Source of the DNA: an uncultured virus (IMG/VR IMGVR_UViG_3300020530_000425)
Taxonomy: Duplodnaviria; Heunggongvirae; Uroviricota; Caudoviricetes
IMG/VR virus record: IMGVR_UViG_3300020530_000425
Direction: 5' to 3' (one strand)
DNA length: 64,000 nt
The notes below the pieces were generated by a model. It was not told the origin of the DNA, ran no database searches, and saw only the letters and a list, made by a program, of their open reading frames with translations. This document shows, one piece after another, positions 28,603 through 39,600 of this stretch. The translations under genes and the position numbers were made by a program. Within the stretch, counting starts at the first letter, position 1. Each line of letters begins with the position of its first letter.

Positions 28603-29700
28603 TTAGTTTAATAGTTTTTGAAATATGGTTTCCATTTCTGAATAATCATTTAAGTATTCCATCAGTTTATATCTATTTTGTATAGATTTTTCTAAAGATT
28701 TATTATATTGTTCTTCTATTTCATTATCAGATGTATTATATAACCATTCTGAAAATAAATTTATACTTTTTTCCACATCTTCAAATGTATTTATATTTTC
28801 TATAAAATCAAAATTTAATAAATAAAATCCCATATTTTTAAGTTCATTTAATGTATCAGAACAAGCTACCAATAATATAGGTTTACCAAAAAACAATCCT
28901 TTAAATGTTTTCTCCGTAATAAATCTTTCACTATTATTTCTATAATCTAATGTTTCAAATATTAAATTGTAATTACAATAAAGATAATCGTTTATTGCTT
29001 CAAAGTGTTTATATTTGGGATACAATAAATCGTATGCATCATTAGCAGAATCCTTTGGATTTAACATTTTTTGAATTAAAGGATTTGAATTTAATAATTC
29101 AGTTCTCCAACTTCCAGTTTTATATGCTCTTACATAAGAAAATAATTTTGATTTAGATGTATCATATTTGGGTAATGGCATATTATTTATTAACTCTTCC
29201 AAGTAATAATATCCTATATAGTATTTAAAATACCTAAATGGAAATAGTAAATCAAAATAAAAATTAGGTTCTTTTTCTAATAAAGGTCTTTTGGAACCTG
29301 AAAGTATTAAATCATATTCAATTTCTTGTATTTTTTTCACAAACTCCATCTCAAACACCTCACCATAATGCCATATAAATACCTTTTTTATATTGGGGCA
29401 ATCTATGTTTAATTGAAATATTTTATCATCAATCAATTTACTTTCTAAATTTTCTACAAATATCACACATCTGTTAAAACTTTTAAAAAATTGATTTGAT
29501 TCTTTTAAAAAATCAGTCATGCGATTGTAAAAATATATTTTACTATTTAATCCTCTATGATAATATATTTGTTTATCGGAATTGTCAAACTCTTTTGCAT
29601 CAAATTCAGATAAATATTCTAAATTTTCTTTACCAAACATACCAAGCATTATTGGTATTTGATTTGAGTAATGTATAAATACTATTAGATTTTCCTTCAT
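28603..29700 (-). CDS. GT10-like putative glycosyltransferase, paralog 4
   Basis: LIFETL...FITEKTFKGLFFGKPILL...MGF. Confidence 0.5.
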   Translation of the reverse strand: MKENLIVFIHYSNQIPIMLGMFGKENLEYLSEFDAKEFDNSDKQIYYHRGLNSKIYFYNRMTDFLKESNQFFKSFNRCVIFVENLESKLIDDKIFQLNIDCPNIKKVFIWHYGEVFEMEFVKKIQEIEYDLILSGSKRPLLEKEPNFYFDLLFPFRYFKYYIGYYYLEELINNMPLPKYDTSKSKLFSYVRAYKTGSWRTELLNSNPLIQKMLNPKDSANDAYDLLYPKYKHFEAINDYLYCNYNLIFETLDYRNNSERFITEKTFKGLFFGKPILLVACSDTLNELKNMGFYLLNFDFIENINTFEDVEKSINLFSEWLYNTSDNEIEEQYNKSLEKSIQNRYKLMEYLNDYSEMETIFQKLLN

Positions 29701-30428
29701 TATATTCCTCCGCCTCCTCCCGAATCCGCTTCAATAAAATGTACAAATATCGCTTGTACATTATTAATATCGTTCCAAGGTATAGTTATTGTTAAATCAG
29801 AAACAGTTCCACCATCGGAAAAATAAGTATTAAAACTATTAACCGGGGTTCCATCTGGTCCGTTTCCATTGATACTACAATTTTCTATTGTTGGAGATAC
29901 ACCACATTGGTCGGATATTCCTCTATATCTTCCACTAGATTTACTATTAACTACAATTTCAAAACCACTTGAATAATTATTTAGGTAATCCCAATAGATA
30001 TCAAACCTACCACATCCTCCCAATCCAGTATTACCAAGAACCCCTGCTAACGAACGAGGATTGAATGAACCACAATTGGAAACATAAATTGATGTGTAAT
30101 TGTTATGAATTTTACTTCTTGGGATTTTTATTTCACCATAAGTATAAGCAAGACTGTCTACCATAAAAGCCTGAATTCCACCTGCTAATCCAATATTGGT
30201 TTCAAAATCAAAAAATAAAGAATCACCAAATCCACTTACATTTTGTGTTTGGTCATTTGAACCACCCAAAGTTAAATCAGGAATATATTGATTTTCTGCT
30301 ATATTAGGCCAACGAATTTCAATTGGAAAAAACGCGTAAGGAGTTGATGAGCCAGCTAAAACGGCACCAGTGCCTGATAAGTGATTACCCAATGCTATTT
30401 TTGAAGTTGGTATTGTTATAATTGACAT
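29700..30428 (-). CDS. Hypothetical protein, possibly tail-fibre-associated
   Basis: Gly/Ser/Asn-rich, beta-strand-like; starts 1 nt after the fibre gene stop. Confidence 0.55.
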   Translation of the reverse strand: MSIITIPTSKIALGNHLSGTGAVLAGSSTPYAFFPIEIRWPNIAENQYIPDLTLGGSNDQTQNVSGFGDSLFFDFETNIGLAGGIQAFMVDSLAYTYGEIKIPRSKIHNNYTSIYVSNCGSFNPRSLAGVLGNTGLGGCGRFDIYWDYLNNYSSGFEIVVNSKSSGRYRGISDQCGVSPTIENCSINGNGPDGTPVNSFNTYFSDGGTVSDLTITIPWNDINNVQAIFVHFIEADSGGGGGI

Positions 30429-30429
30429 A

Positions 30430-33400
30430 CTACTTATTTAATAACTTTTTAATTGATGTTATTTCATTTTTTAATTCAGTAATTTCACCATTTTGTTCTT
30501 TTATTCCTTCAATCAATAAGGCAATTATCTTTTCGTAATCAACTCCTAAATATCCATCACCCTTTTCCTTTACAACTTCTGGTAATACTTCTTGAATTTC
30601 TTGTGCTAAAACTCCTACTTCTTGAACATTTTTTGGTTTGTTAGAAATACCGTTCCAATTAAATGTATATCCTCCAATTTTTTTAATTTTATCCATTGGA
30701 TTTGAAATAGGAATAATATTTTCTTTTAATCTCTTATCGGAACTAGCTAATGCGTAAACATCACCAGTTGCTCTTATATCACCATTTATAGTTAGAACAC
30801 CACTAGATACTGAAAATTCACCAACTGATAAATTTGTTATTGAACCATTGGTTGCACTTAAAGTAGAAAATGTACTTAATCCAGAAAAGTTTGATGAACC
30901 CTTTACGGTTAAAAAATTAGTGGCAGATAAACTTGTATCAACTTTAAATTGATTTGAACCATATAGTGATTGTAATCCTGCTTGGCAAATTTCAACACTT
31001 CTAGGTGCACTACCAACTACGGCATTTACCCCACTAAAATTTGGAGTTTTTAAAGTAATACTTTCACCACCAACTAAATAATTTACTCCAATTTGATGTT
31101 TTATTCTAACATTATATGTTCCACCTGAAGGTATTACTATAGAACCACCTCCAGTAGATGTTATACCTCGTTCATAATTAGGAGCATTATAAAATACATA
31201 ACCCGATGCAATAAGTGCTTCGCCCACTCCCACAACTTCTAAACTTACCCAATGGTAAGTTTGAACATAAGTTGCAGTAGATATTTGCATCCAATATGAA
31301 GTACCTGCCGAATTGGAAATCATTGATGCTATCTCCGCATCTGTTATTGAAACCTCTGTTCCAGCTGCAACAACACCCGTTGATACATTGTTTGAATAGA
31401 ATGTAGTACTTGCTTCAGACTGTAAGTTTTGTCCAAAAATTGCACCATTTCTTACTACTGAATCTGTACCACTAAAATCAGATAAAGCGGATGTAGAACT
31501 TCCTATTCTAAATGAAGTATCATCCGTCATAATTACTGCATTTCTAGAACCATCTTTTATAAAGAATCCTAAATCATTTGAGTTAATTTCTATTGTACCA
31601 GTACTCGTTTTACTTATTTTATCGGTAGAAATTGACCAACCTCCAATTGTAGCACCTAACGCGGATAATTCACTTACTGTTATTTTATCTGCCGTTACAG
31701 AACCAGCTGCAATCTTACCCGCAGTTATGGCATTTGTAGCAATTTTATCTGCAACTATTGCGTTCGCTGCTATTTTATCGGCAATTATTGCATTCGCTGC
31801 TATTTTACCAGAAGTAACTGCATCTGTTGCAATATTTCCCGCTTGTACTGCATTAGCAGCTAATTCTGTATTTGTTACGGTACTTAATGTTGCCAAACCA
31901 CCCAATCCTGTAACTTGTCCAGTTGATACGGTGTTTTGAGTTGCCAAAGTCCCCAATCCTGTAACTTGTCCAGTTGATACGGTGTTTTGAGTTGCAAGGC
32001 CTCCTAATCCTGTAACTTGTCCAGTTGATACGGTGTTTTGAGTTGCAAGGCCTCCCAATCCACTCACCGTTCCAACTGGAACACTACTACCAACAGCTAT
32101 GTTACCAACTATATTTAGAGTAGTTCCATCCCATGTTAATGAATTTGATGCAGATTTTAAAGATAACCTTCCAGTTGTTCCATTACTACCTATAAATGCA
32201 CCAATTTGGTCATATCCTTTCGTTGCTTGTCCAATTGAAATAAACGGAGATGTTGTGCCACCTGCAATTGTAATATTAGCATTACCTGATGAATTTGTTC
32301 CAACATTTATTGTGTTTTGTACAAATGATTCTTTAGATATAAACATTTCAGCAGCTACAAAAAATGAATCTGTTCCGAGTGATTGCCAAAATGTGGTTTG
32401 AGTATCCGGTTGTTTATTTAAATTTGCAGATGCATTTGTTTTTGTAGCATAATAAGTTCCACTATACAACACCACATCTTTACGTGTTGGGTCTTGACTA
32501 ACACTATTGTAAGTTGTAGTAGAATTCCAAGGACCTCTAAACACTACACCTGGCCCGTCTCCCCCAGTCGCTCCGGGTGCACCATCTGCTCCGTTCGTTC
32601 CATTGGTTCCGTTCGTTCCATTGGTTCCATTAGCCCCTGCTGCTCCAGTAGGAACTTTTGTTGCTCTAACAATTATCGTTTGAGTTTGTCCAGTCGTACC
32701 TTCACTATCAGTATGTGTTACTGTTAATGTTACCGATGCTTCTGCTGCATTCATTACCGCAGATGTCATTGTTAATGTTGCACTACTAACAGTTGGTGGA
32801 GTTGAGAATCCTGAAGTAGATGCAATGGTCATAGAAGTAAATCTACTAGTTGTTCCTTCTAATGCACTTATAGTTACATTTGATAAAGTTCCAGTTTGCG
32901 TTCCTGCTGCATTAGCCAATACAGATTGCGCTTGAGGTGAAGCAGAAATTAATACCAATGGAACTGCTTTTTTAACTTTTGATAAACTTAATGTATCGGT
33001 TACAGTTCTACTTGTTCCTTCAGAATCAGTTACAATTGCACTTATATTTACAGTTGTGGAATTTATTCCATCCGCTAAAGTTTGATTACTCAAAGTTACT
33101 ACTCCAGTTGTATTATTTACTGTTAAACTCCCACCAGTATCTACTCTAGTTGCAGTTAATGTTGCTGGTAAAGTGATAGTAGAACCATTGTAAGTTTCTT
33201 TTACAACTATCGTTGAATCTAAAAATGAATCAATTTGTGCACCTGTTGATTTAGCAGTTACACTTTGGTCTTTTGGTGTTGATGATATAGCTAAAACAGG
33301 TGCTGCTTTTTTATTTTTAGTATAAGTTACGTTTTTTATAATAGAAGTTGTATCACCTGCTCCATCCTTATAACTAATTGTTATATCCAATGAACCCGAA

Positions 33401-35691
33401 TCTTGAGTAAGATTTGTAATACTGTATGAGTTTGTTGTTGGATTACTATTATTTCCACCATTTGGAGTACATCCAATTCCACTTAAATTTGTTATAGCAA
33501 ACGTATTATTTGCTCTAATACTATCATTATCATCATCAAATGAAATACTCTCATTACCCACTTTAACAGTCACCGAACCACTTGTCAATATGAATGAACC
33601 ACTTGCTATAAATCCATTTGAAAGTGATGGAAGTGATGCGTTATCATTTGTGAGAGTTGCGGATAATCCATCTAATATTTTTACAGGAGTTATTTTTATT
33701 GCATCAGAAAATTGATTACCAAATTGGTCTGAACCTGAAATGAAGTATGTAGTCTCTCCCGTTCCAAAGGAATAATCAGTTCCAGCTATTGTATAGGTAT
33801 CTACGCCGTTTGTTGAGTTAGTAGATACCAATGTCAATGGTGGTTTACCACTTCCTGAATTTACAGTTAATGGAGTTGTTGCCGATGCTAAATTCTTACG
33901 TTTAGCTTCGATTGTTATTGTTTGACCCGATGGGTTTATTGATAAATCTGTTGCTTTATAAATAAATTGATTTGTATTAGATGTTACAAAAACACCAGGT
34001 GCATTATCACCATCTTCAAATCTGTATACAGTTTCAAATTGTTCTAATCCTTCACACGATGCAGTATATGTAATTGAACCAACTAATACAGATGCTACAC
34101 TACCAGTAAAATTTGCAATAGTTAATGTTGCACCCGCATCACTTACATTTGTTAATGTTCCAGGATAAGTTCCTGCATAGGATGCGGGTACTATATAATT
34201 ACCGCCAATATCAAATGCAGATGATGCGTATGTAACTGAACCTGTTAAATTTGATTTTGAAACTTTAAATCCTAATTGTTGAAATGCAGGATTACCAAAT
34301 GAACCAGTAGAAAATCTAAATGCAGTTCTATCTGAATCAAATGTTAACAATTTAGTGGCTACTCCACTTGTCCCACCCGTAAAATTTGCACTCTGTGTTA
34401 CTGCAACTGGAACAAAATTGTTATTTACATCATAAAATTCAAATTTAAAATTATAAGTTTCATTACCAATGACTGTGGGCATTGTAGTAATAAAGGAGAT
34501 TTCATCAGGTGAAAATGCCGTATCTTCGGAAAGTCTTAAACTTATATTTCCAACATGCCATTCACCTTGCGATTGTGAAAAATATAAAGAACCACTTTGA
34601 AAATCGGAATCTAATTTAAATGGAATAACCGTATCTGATAGATTTTTTGTGGGGGTTATTCCATTTAATGTACCAATTAAAACATCACCACCATCCGAGC
34701 CACTTATGTATATTCCTAAATTACTTGCGGTAGATGATGAGTAAAACGCATCTAAATTTAACTCATACGTGTTTGATGCTTTTATGTCCAACGATTGTGA
34801 GTAAGTTAATAATCCACTTCCGTTTAATTTTAATCCACTTTCAACTCTACTAGATGTTAATTGGGCAGTTAATGAACCAGTATTCCAAAATAAAGGTAAT
34901 ACTTCCGATGTAAATGTTCCAGTATTTCCTATAACACTTCCTGTTAATTGGGTAGTTGTTAATAATTCTTTTGATTCTACTAATATATCTTGTATTAAAT
35001 TAAAATCAGAAATATCTCCTTCAGAAGTTCTGAATACTTTTACTCGTTTTACATCACCTGCAAATGTTTCTAATTGTGAAAGTTTAATTTCTGCAAAAGA
35101 TTGATTTATACCAGAATCAACCTTTGAACCACTTTCTATTCTGTATATTGGGGATAGTATTTCTGTAATAGTAGCAGTTGGTCTACGATAAAAACGAATT
35201 TTAGTAGTATTTGCCAATGTAGGATTTACATTAACACTTCTCTGCCACTTTACATTGTAAGTACCTTGCCAATCAATTGGTATTGGTGTTAATAAACCAT
35301 TACCATCATAGTATGAGCTTAATTCACCTAATATTGTAATTGTACACGGACCATACGCAGTTGTATCTGGATAAACATATACCGCTACAACTTTTGATAC
35401 CCCTTCATAGTATTCACTAATAAACGATTCTCCGTTTATAGATGACGATACTATACCTTCACCAGGTTCATGATATATAGTATTTCCTGCAGCATCTTTA
35501 ATTTCAATTTTAACTAAAGTATCGGCTACTAATTCCTTTGAACCTGCTATTAAAAATGCGTTCTTACCACCAGTAAATGCATCTGGTATTTCTGTTACAT
35601 TGAAGTAGGTACTATTTGGAGCAGTATCTACTACAAATGTATTATACTTATCTAAATTTTCAGCAAAAAGCGTTTTCTTTATTACGGCCAT
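30430..35691 (-). CDS. Large tail-fibre/baseplate-attached protein with collagen-like segment and C-terminal S74-type intramolecular chaperone
   Basis: SSDKRLKENI...GVLAQE...VDYEKIIALLIEGIKE plus coiled coil; GAAGANGTNGTNGTNGTNGADGAPGATG; ADKIAAN repeats; Ser/Thr-rich beta domains. Confidence 0.88.
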   Translation of the reverse strand: MAVIKKTLFAENLDKYNTFVVDTAPNSTYFNVTEIPDAFTGGKNAFLIAGSKELVADTLVKIEIKDAAGNTIYHEPGEGIVSSSINGESFISEYYEGVSKVVAVYVYPDTTAYGPCTITILGELSSYYDGNGLLTPIPIDWQGTYNVKWQRSVNVNPTLANTTKIRFYRRPTATITEILSPIYRIESGSKVDSGINQSFAEIKLSQLETFAGDVKRVKVFRTSEGDISDFNLIQDILVESKELLTTTQLTGSVIGNTGTFTSEVLPLFWNTGSLTAQLTSSRVESGLKLNGSGLLTYSQSLDIKASNTYELNLDAFYSSSTASNLGIYISGSDGGDVLIGTLNGITPTKNLSDTVIPFKLDSDFQSGSLYFSQSQGEWHVGNISLRLSEDTAFSPDEISFITTMPTVIGNETYNFKFEFYDVNNNFVPVAVTQSANFTGGTSGVATKLLTFDSDRTAFRFSTGSFGNPAFQQLGFKVSKSNLTGSVTYASSAFDIGGNYIVPASYAGTYPGTLTNVSDAGATLTIANFTGSVASVLVGSITYTASCEGLEQFETVYRFEDGDNAPGVFVTSNTNQFIYKATDLSINPSGQTITIEAKRKNLASATTPLTVNSGSGKPPLTLVSTNSTNGVDTYTIAGTDYSFGTGETTYFISGSDQFGNQFSDAIKITPVKILDGLSATLTNDNASLPSLSNGFIASGSFILTSGSVTVKVGNESISFDDDNDSIRANNTFAITNLSGIGCTPNGGNNSNPTTNSYSITNLTQDSGSLDITISYKDGAGDTTSIIKNVTYTKNKKAAPVLAISSTPKDQSVTAKSTGAQIDSFLDSTIVVKETYNGSTITLPATLTATRVDTGGSLTVNNTTGVVTLSNQTLADGINSTTVNISAIVTDSEGTSRTVTDTLSLSKVKKAVPLVLISASPQAQSVLANAAGTQTGTLSNVTISALEGTTSRFTSMTIASTSGFSTPPTVSSATLTMTSAVMNAAEASVTLTVTHTDSEGTTGQTQTIIVRATKVPTGAAGANGTNGTNGTNGTNGADGAPGATGGDGPGVVFRGPWNSTTTYNSVSQDPTRKDVVLYSGTYYATKTNASANLNKQPDTQTTFWQSLGTDSFFVAAEMFISKESFVQNTINVGTNSSGNANITIAGGTTSPFISIGQATKGYDQIGAFIGSNGTTGRLSLKSASNSLTWDGTTLNIVGNIAVGSSVPVGTVSGLGGLATQNTVSTGQVTGLGGLATQNTVSTGQVTGLGTLATQNTVSTGQVTGLGGLATLSTVTNTELAANAVQAGNIATDAVTSGKIAANAIIADKIAANAIVADKIATNAITAGKIAAGSVTADKITVSELSALGATIGGWSISTDKISKTSTGTIEINSNDLGFFIKDGSRNAVIMTDDTSFRIGSSTSALSDFSGTDSVVRNGAIFGQNLQSEASTTFYSNNVSTGVVAAGTEVSITDAEIASMISNSAGTSYWMQISTATYVQTYHWVSLEVVGVGEALIASGYVFYNAPNYERGITSTGGGSIVIPSGGTYNVRIKHQIGVNYLVGGESITLKTPNFSGVNAVVGSAPRSVEICQAGLQSLYGSNQFKVDTSLSATNFLTVKGSSNFSGLSTFSTLSATNGSITNLSVGEFSVSSGVLTINGDIRATGDVYALASSDKRLKENIIPISNPMDKIKKIGGYTFNWNGISNKPKNVQEVGVLAQEIQEVLPEVVKEKGDGYLGVDYEKIIALLIEGIKEQNGEITELKNEITSIKKLLNK
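31889..32061 (-). repeat. 51-bp in-frame tandem repeat (~3.4 copies) encoding GLGGLATQNTVSTGQVT
   Basis: The unit beginning aatcc recurs at 31904, 31955, 32006 and 32057; near-identical at DNA level. Confidence 0.95.
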
Positions 35692-35707
35692 TATAAAATA
35701 TCTTTAC

Positions 35708-35715
35708 TATAAATA
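35708..35715 (-). promoter_or_regulatory. Candidate late promoter TATTTATA for the fibre gene
   Basis: 16 nt upstream of ATG 35691. Confidence 0.55.
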
Positions 35716-35737
35716 TTCTTAAAAAATAAATCTAACA

Positions 35738-35745
35738 TATTTATA
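35738..35745 (+). promoter_or_regulatory. Candidate promoter TATTTATA for the plus-strand RHH gene
   Basis: Same motif in the opposite orientation, upstream of ATG 35795. Confidence 0.5.
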
Positions 35746-35750
35746 TAAAG

Positions 35751-35790
35751 AAAACTAATAAATACTTTATTAAACTAAAGATAACTAAAG
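35751..35790 (+). promoter_or_regulatory. Phased direct repeats (AACTAA), candidate RHH operator
   Basis: AACTAA at 35753, 35773 and 35783, with a degenerate unit at 35763 (10-bp phasing). Confidence 0.45.
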
Positions 35791-35794
35791 AGTT

Positions 35795-35968
35795 ATGAAA
35801 TACGCGATGTTACAAATAAAAAAAGAAACCCACGAACTTCTCAAAAATTATTGTGAAGAACATGGGTTTAAAATGGGAAGTTTAGTAGAAAACTTAATTA
35901 AAAAACATATTGGAGTTCCTAAAATTCAAAACGGTGTGTTAAAAGCAGATAAAATTAAATCTTTCTAA
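35795..35968 (+). CDS. 57-aa ribbon-helix-helix-like DNA-binding protein
   Basis: Below the ORF-track cutoff. MKYAMLQIKKETHELLKNYCEEHGFKMGSLVENLIKKHIG...; strand-helix-G-helix pattern; the only supported plus-strand gene. Confidence 0.75.
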   Translation: MKYAMLQIKKETHELLKNYCEEHGFKMGSLVENLIKKHIGVPKIQNGVLKADKIKSF

Positions 35969-36678
35969 TCTTCATGTGAGTAGAATGATACTATATTATA
36001 TTTAATATCATTCTGTACTTTTTCAACTTCATGAAATAAATTTTTATCAGAATCCAATACTACAAAATTAGGAAAAATTGGATTTACTTTAATATCATTT
36101 CCATTTAAATCATGTAATATCAAATGTCCACCATTTGATTCACTCCATTCGTTATTTAAAAAATATAAAAATACACATATTCTGTTATGAGGTTTTCCAT
36201 CATCATGTAATTTTATCTCACATCCATTATCGTAAAATTGTAATTTTGTATTTCCAGTAAATTTATTAAATAATTTTTCAGGATAATATTTTCTTACAAA
36301 GTTTTTTTGAAAATCTCTTAATACTTCATTGTTTATTCTATTAGTTATTTCAGAATCCATAGAAGTACCAAATACCCAAGTTGGATAGAATCCACATTCT
36401 TCAATTTTTTTCAATTGATATTGGTGTGCTTTATTATAAACATAATCGGCAGTATCTAAATCGTTATCTCTTGCTAAATAATTATCATAAACCAATTCTT
36501 CCATATAAGATTGGTCATTATATTTAAACCAATAATCATATCTAGAATATCTTACAAAATTTGTATTATCTATATAATTTTTTATTTGTTTAAAACCATC
36601 TAAATCAATTAGTTCGGAATAATCTTCCAACTTACCGTAAATGTATCCACTATTTCTGTAATTTTCTATACTTTCCAT
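35965..36678 (-). CDS. 2OG-Fe(II) oxygenase (prolyl-hydroxylase-like fold)
   Basis: LHDD, FLYFLNNEW...GGHL, FHEVEKV. Confidence 0.85.
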   Translation of the reverse strand: MESIENYRNSGYIYGKLEDYSELIDLDGFKQIKNYIDNTNFVRYSRYDYWFKYNDQSYMEELVYDNYLARDNDLDTADYVYNKAHQYQLKKIEECGFYPTWVFGTSMDSEITNRINNEVLRDFQKNFVRKYYPEKLFNKFTGNTKLQFYDNGCEIKLHDDGKPHNRICVFLYFLNNEWSESNGGHLILHDLNGNDIKVNPIFPNFVVLDSDKNLFHEVEKVQNDIKYNIVSFYSHED

Positions 36679-39600
36679 TAAAAATTAATTTTACTATATC
36701 CATTTTCTTTTTTAATTTCTATTAATCCATCTACTATATCTCTCATTTGTTCTAAATGTGAAATTATCCATATAAAATCAAATTGAGTTTTAAGATACTG
36801 CATCATCATAAATAGGGATGATAAGTTATCCGAATCCAATGTACCAAATCCTTCATCTATTACTAAAAAGTTTGGACGAGGTAAGTTACATACATTAATG
36901 AGTGCTACTCTAATTGCTAATCCACTAACAAATTTTTCCATACCACTACACATTTCTAGTCCCCACTCCTGGTCATCATATACAATTTTAGCATTAATTG
37001 ATTTACCATCCATCTCCATCGTAACTCCAAAATCAACTACTTGTGCTAAAATATTATTTACTTCGTTTTCTATTACTGGCAATGCCTTTGAAATTAATTC
37101 ATAAGGTATTCCATCTCTCTTCACTGCATCCAAATAATAGGTGTACAGGCGGTTCTTTTCTTCCAATACCTTAACATCATTCATCTTCTGTTTTATGTCC
37201 TCTATAAACGAAGATATGGATGAAATAGAACCATTTAAATTTGTTATATCTTTATTTAATTTATTAATTTCAATTCCAATATTATTTTTTGTTTTATTTA
37301 GTTCAGAAATTACACTTTCTATTTGTTTATTTTTAGAAATTGTATCTTCATTTTCATAATACTTATTTATATTTTCATTAATAGTATTTAATTGGTTTTC
37401 TAATAATTGTTCTTTAGTTTTTAAAGCATCTAATTCAACTTCTGTTTTTTCTAAAACAATTTTACTTTTAGAATATGTGTTTTTTAATTCATTATACTCA
37501 CTATATTGTGTATCTACACCATCTAATGTATTTAATTTAAATTGAATAGAATTAACAATATTTTTGGAGGTATTTAATTTGTTTTTTAAAATTACCAACT
37601 CATCTTTTGCGTTAATTGCATCTTTTACAAAAACATTATCACAACAAAATTCACAATTAGGGTCATATTTATGTTCTTCTAAATGTAAAATCTTTTCATT
37701 CAATGTTTCTTCTATATATTTTAGTTTTTGATAAGAATTTTCCGCTTCTAAAACTTCATTTTTAATACTAATATACTTTGAGTAGACAGTTTCGATATCA
37801 ACATCAACTTCTTCTACTTTAAAAGTTTTATTGTTTACCAAAGAATGTGAAACTTCGGTTAGAATTGTACTACATTCTATAATTTTATTTTCTTTCGTAT
37901 TGTATTCTTTATATAAATTTTCTATTTGAGTTTTTAAATTCGTTTTACTTAATTCTAACTTTGGCAAATCTAAATTGGAATCTATAGGAGTTAATTCTCT
38001 GCTTAATCCAACAATTTTATCATTCAAATCAGTTACTTCTATATTTTTATTGTTTAGTAATGTTTCTAATGATTTTAATTGTGATTTTTTTTCAATTAAT
38101 TCCTTACCTTTTTCGGCAAGTTCGGTTGTAAAATCCGTTTTCTTAAAGTTTTTAATCAATACTGAAACTTCTCTAATATCTTCGGTTGCAGTATCATACA
38201 ATTTATCAAAAATAGTTAACCCCATAAATTGAGCAAGAAGGTCTTTCCTTTCCGATTGTGATTTATCAATGAATAGAGCGTTATTACCTTGCAGTGATAG
38301 TGCAGTTAGTACAAAATCTTCATATTTTCCAACATATTGTTCAATAATTTGGTTTGTATCTCTTCTTTCGGTTCCATTTAATGAGGTTTTAGTATCACCA
38401 TCTTGTCTCCAAAATTGAACATCTACTTTTACATTTTTACCTTTGTTAATTGTTTTAGCAGTTCTCTGAATACCATAATCTACACCATCTATTTGAAAAT
38501 ATAATGTACAATCAAATTCTGTTTTACGATTATTTAAAATATTAGATGCTTTATATGCTCTACTGCTTTTATCATATAAACAAAATGATACCGCATCAAA
38601 TAAAGAAGATTTACCTGCCGCGTTTGGAGCAAATAATCCAACTAATCCGTTTAATTTTGTAAAATCAATTTTATTCTTTTCACCATAACTAAACATATTT
38701 GAAAATTCAAAACGAATTGGTTTCCATTGTATATTACGTTGGATATCATCTTGAACTATTCTACTATTTATATCTCTATTAATCAGTTCTAGCCCTTTCA
38801 AATCTTCAGGAACTACAAATGGCATCATTCTTTCAATATACTCATTTATAAGTGAGTTTTGATAATTGATATCCGAAATATCTTCAAAGTCTAATTTATT
38901 TAATCTATCACCTGTTTTAGATTTAGAAAGAGAATCGGTTCTGATAATTGTGAAATCCTCAATACCATACCTCATCTTAATTTCAGCCATTACTTTTTTA
39001 GTATCGGCAGAATCGGTATTAGATAAACGAACTCTTAAACGAGGTTTTTTTGGCATATCCGTTACAATAGGAACTTTACCATTATCAACATCCATAGTAT
39101 AATATCCATAATCATTTTGAATATCAACTTCTTCGTATTTCATACTATCTAAATCCCAAACAAGGAATCCGTGCTTATCCAGCGTTTCACCGAAGTTTTG
39201 TTGAATCAATGAACCCGCATAAACTATCTTACATCCACTTGGTGAAATCATAGTTTGTCTTTTATGAATATCACCTAATAGAGCTAAATCGTATCCATCA
39301 AACATTTCGGTTGTGAAATGACGAGATGAAACTGTGTATCCAATATCCGTTTGAGAGTTATCCACTGGCCCGTGAAATAGAGCAATCTTTTTATTAGAAG
39401 ATAATGTATTTCCTTTTGGCCAATTTTCTTTTCTATCAAAAATACTAAATACTCCAAAATCTACCCCACCAATTCCATACACTTGAGTATCTTTGAGATA
39501 TGTGAAGTTTGGTAAATTTAGAGCCTCTACAATTGGTGTAAGTACATCCAATCTATCAGAATTATTCATATTACAATCGTGATTACCTGTAATAAGAATT

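Noticed and set aside
3426..29700. Bacterial O-antigen or capsule locus (host contamination)
   Set aside because: It is continuous and co-oriented with phage fibre genes, shares the phage promoter motif and lacks export genes.
31889..32061. 51-bp repeats as a CRISPR array or DGR template/variable repeat
   Set aside because: The repeats are contiguous and in frame with no unique spacers; no cas or reverse transcriptase gene is in the window.
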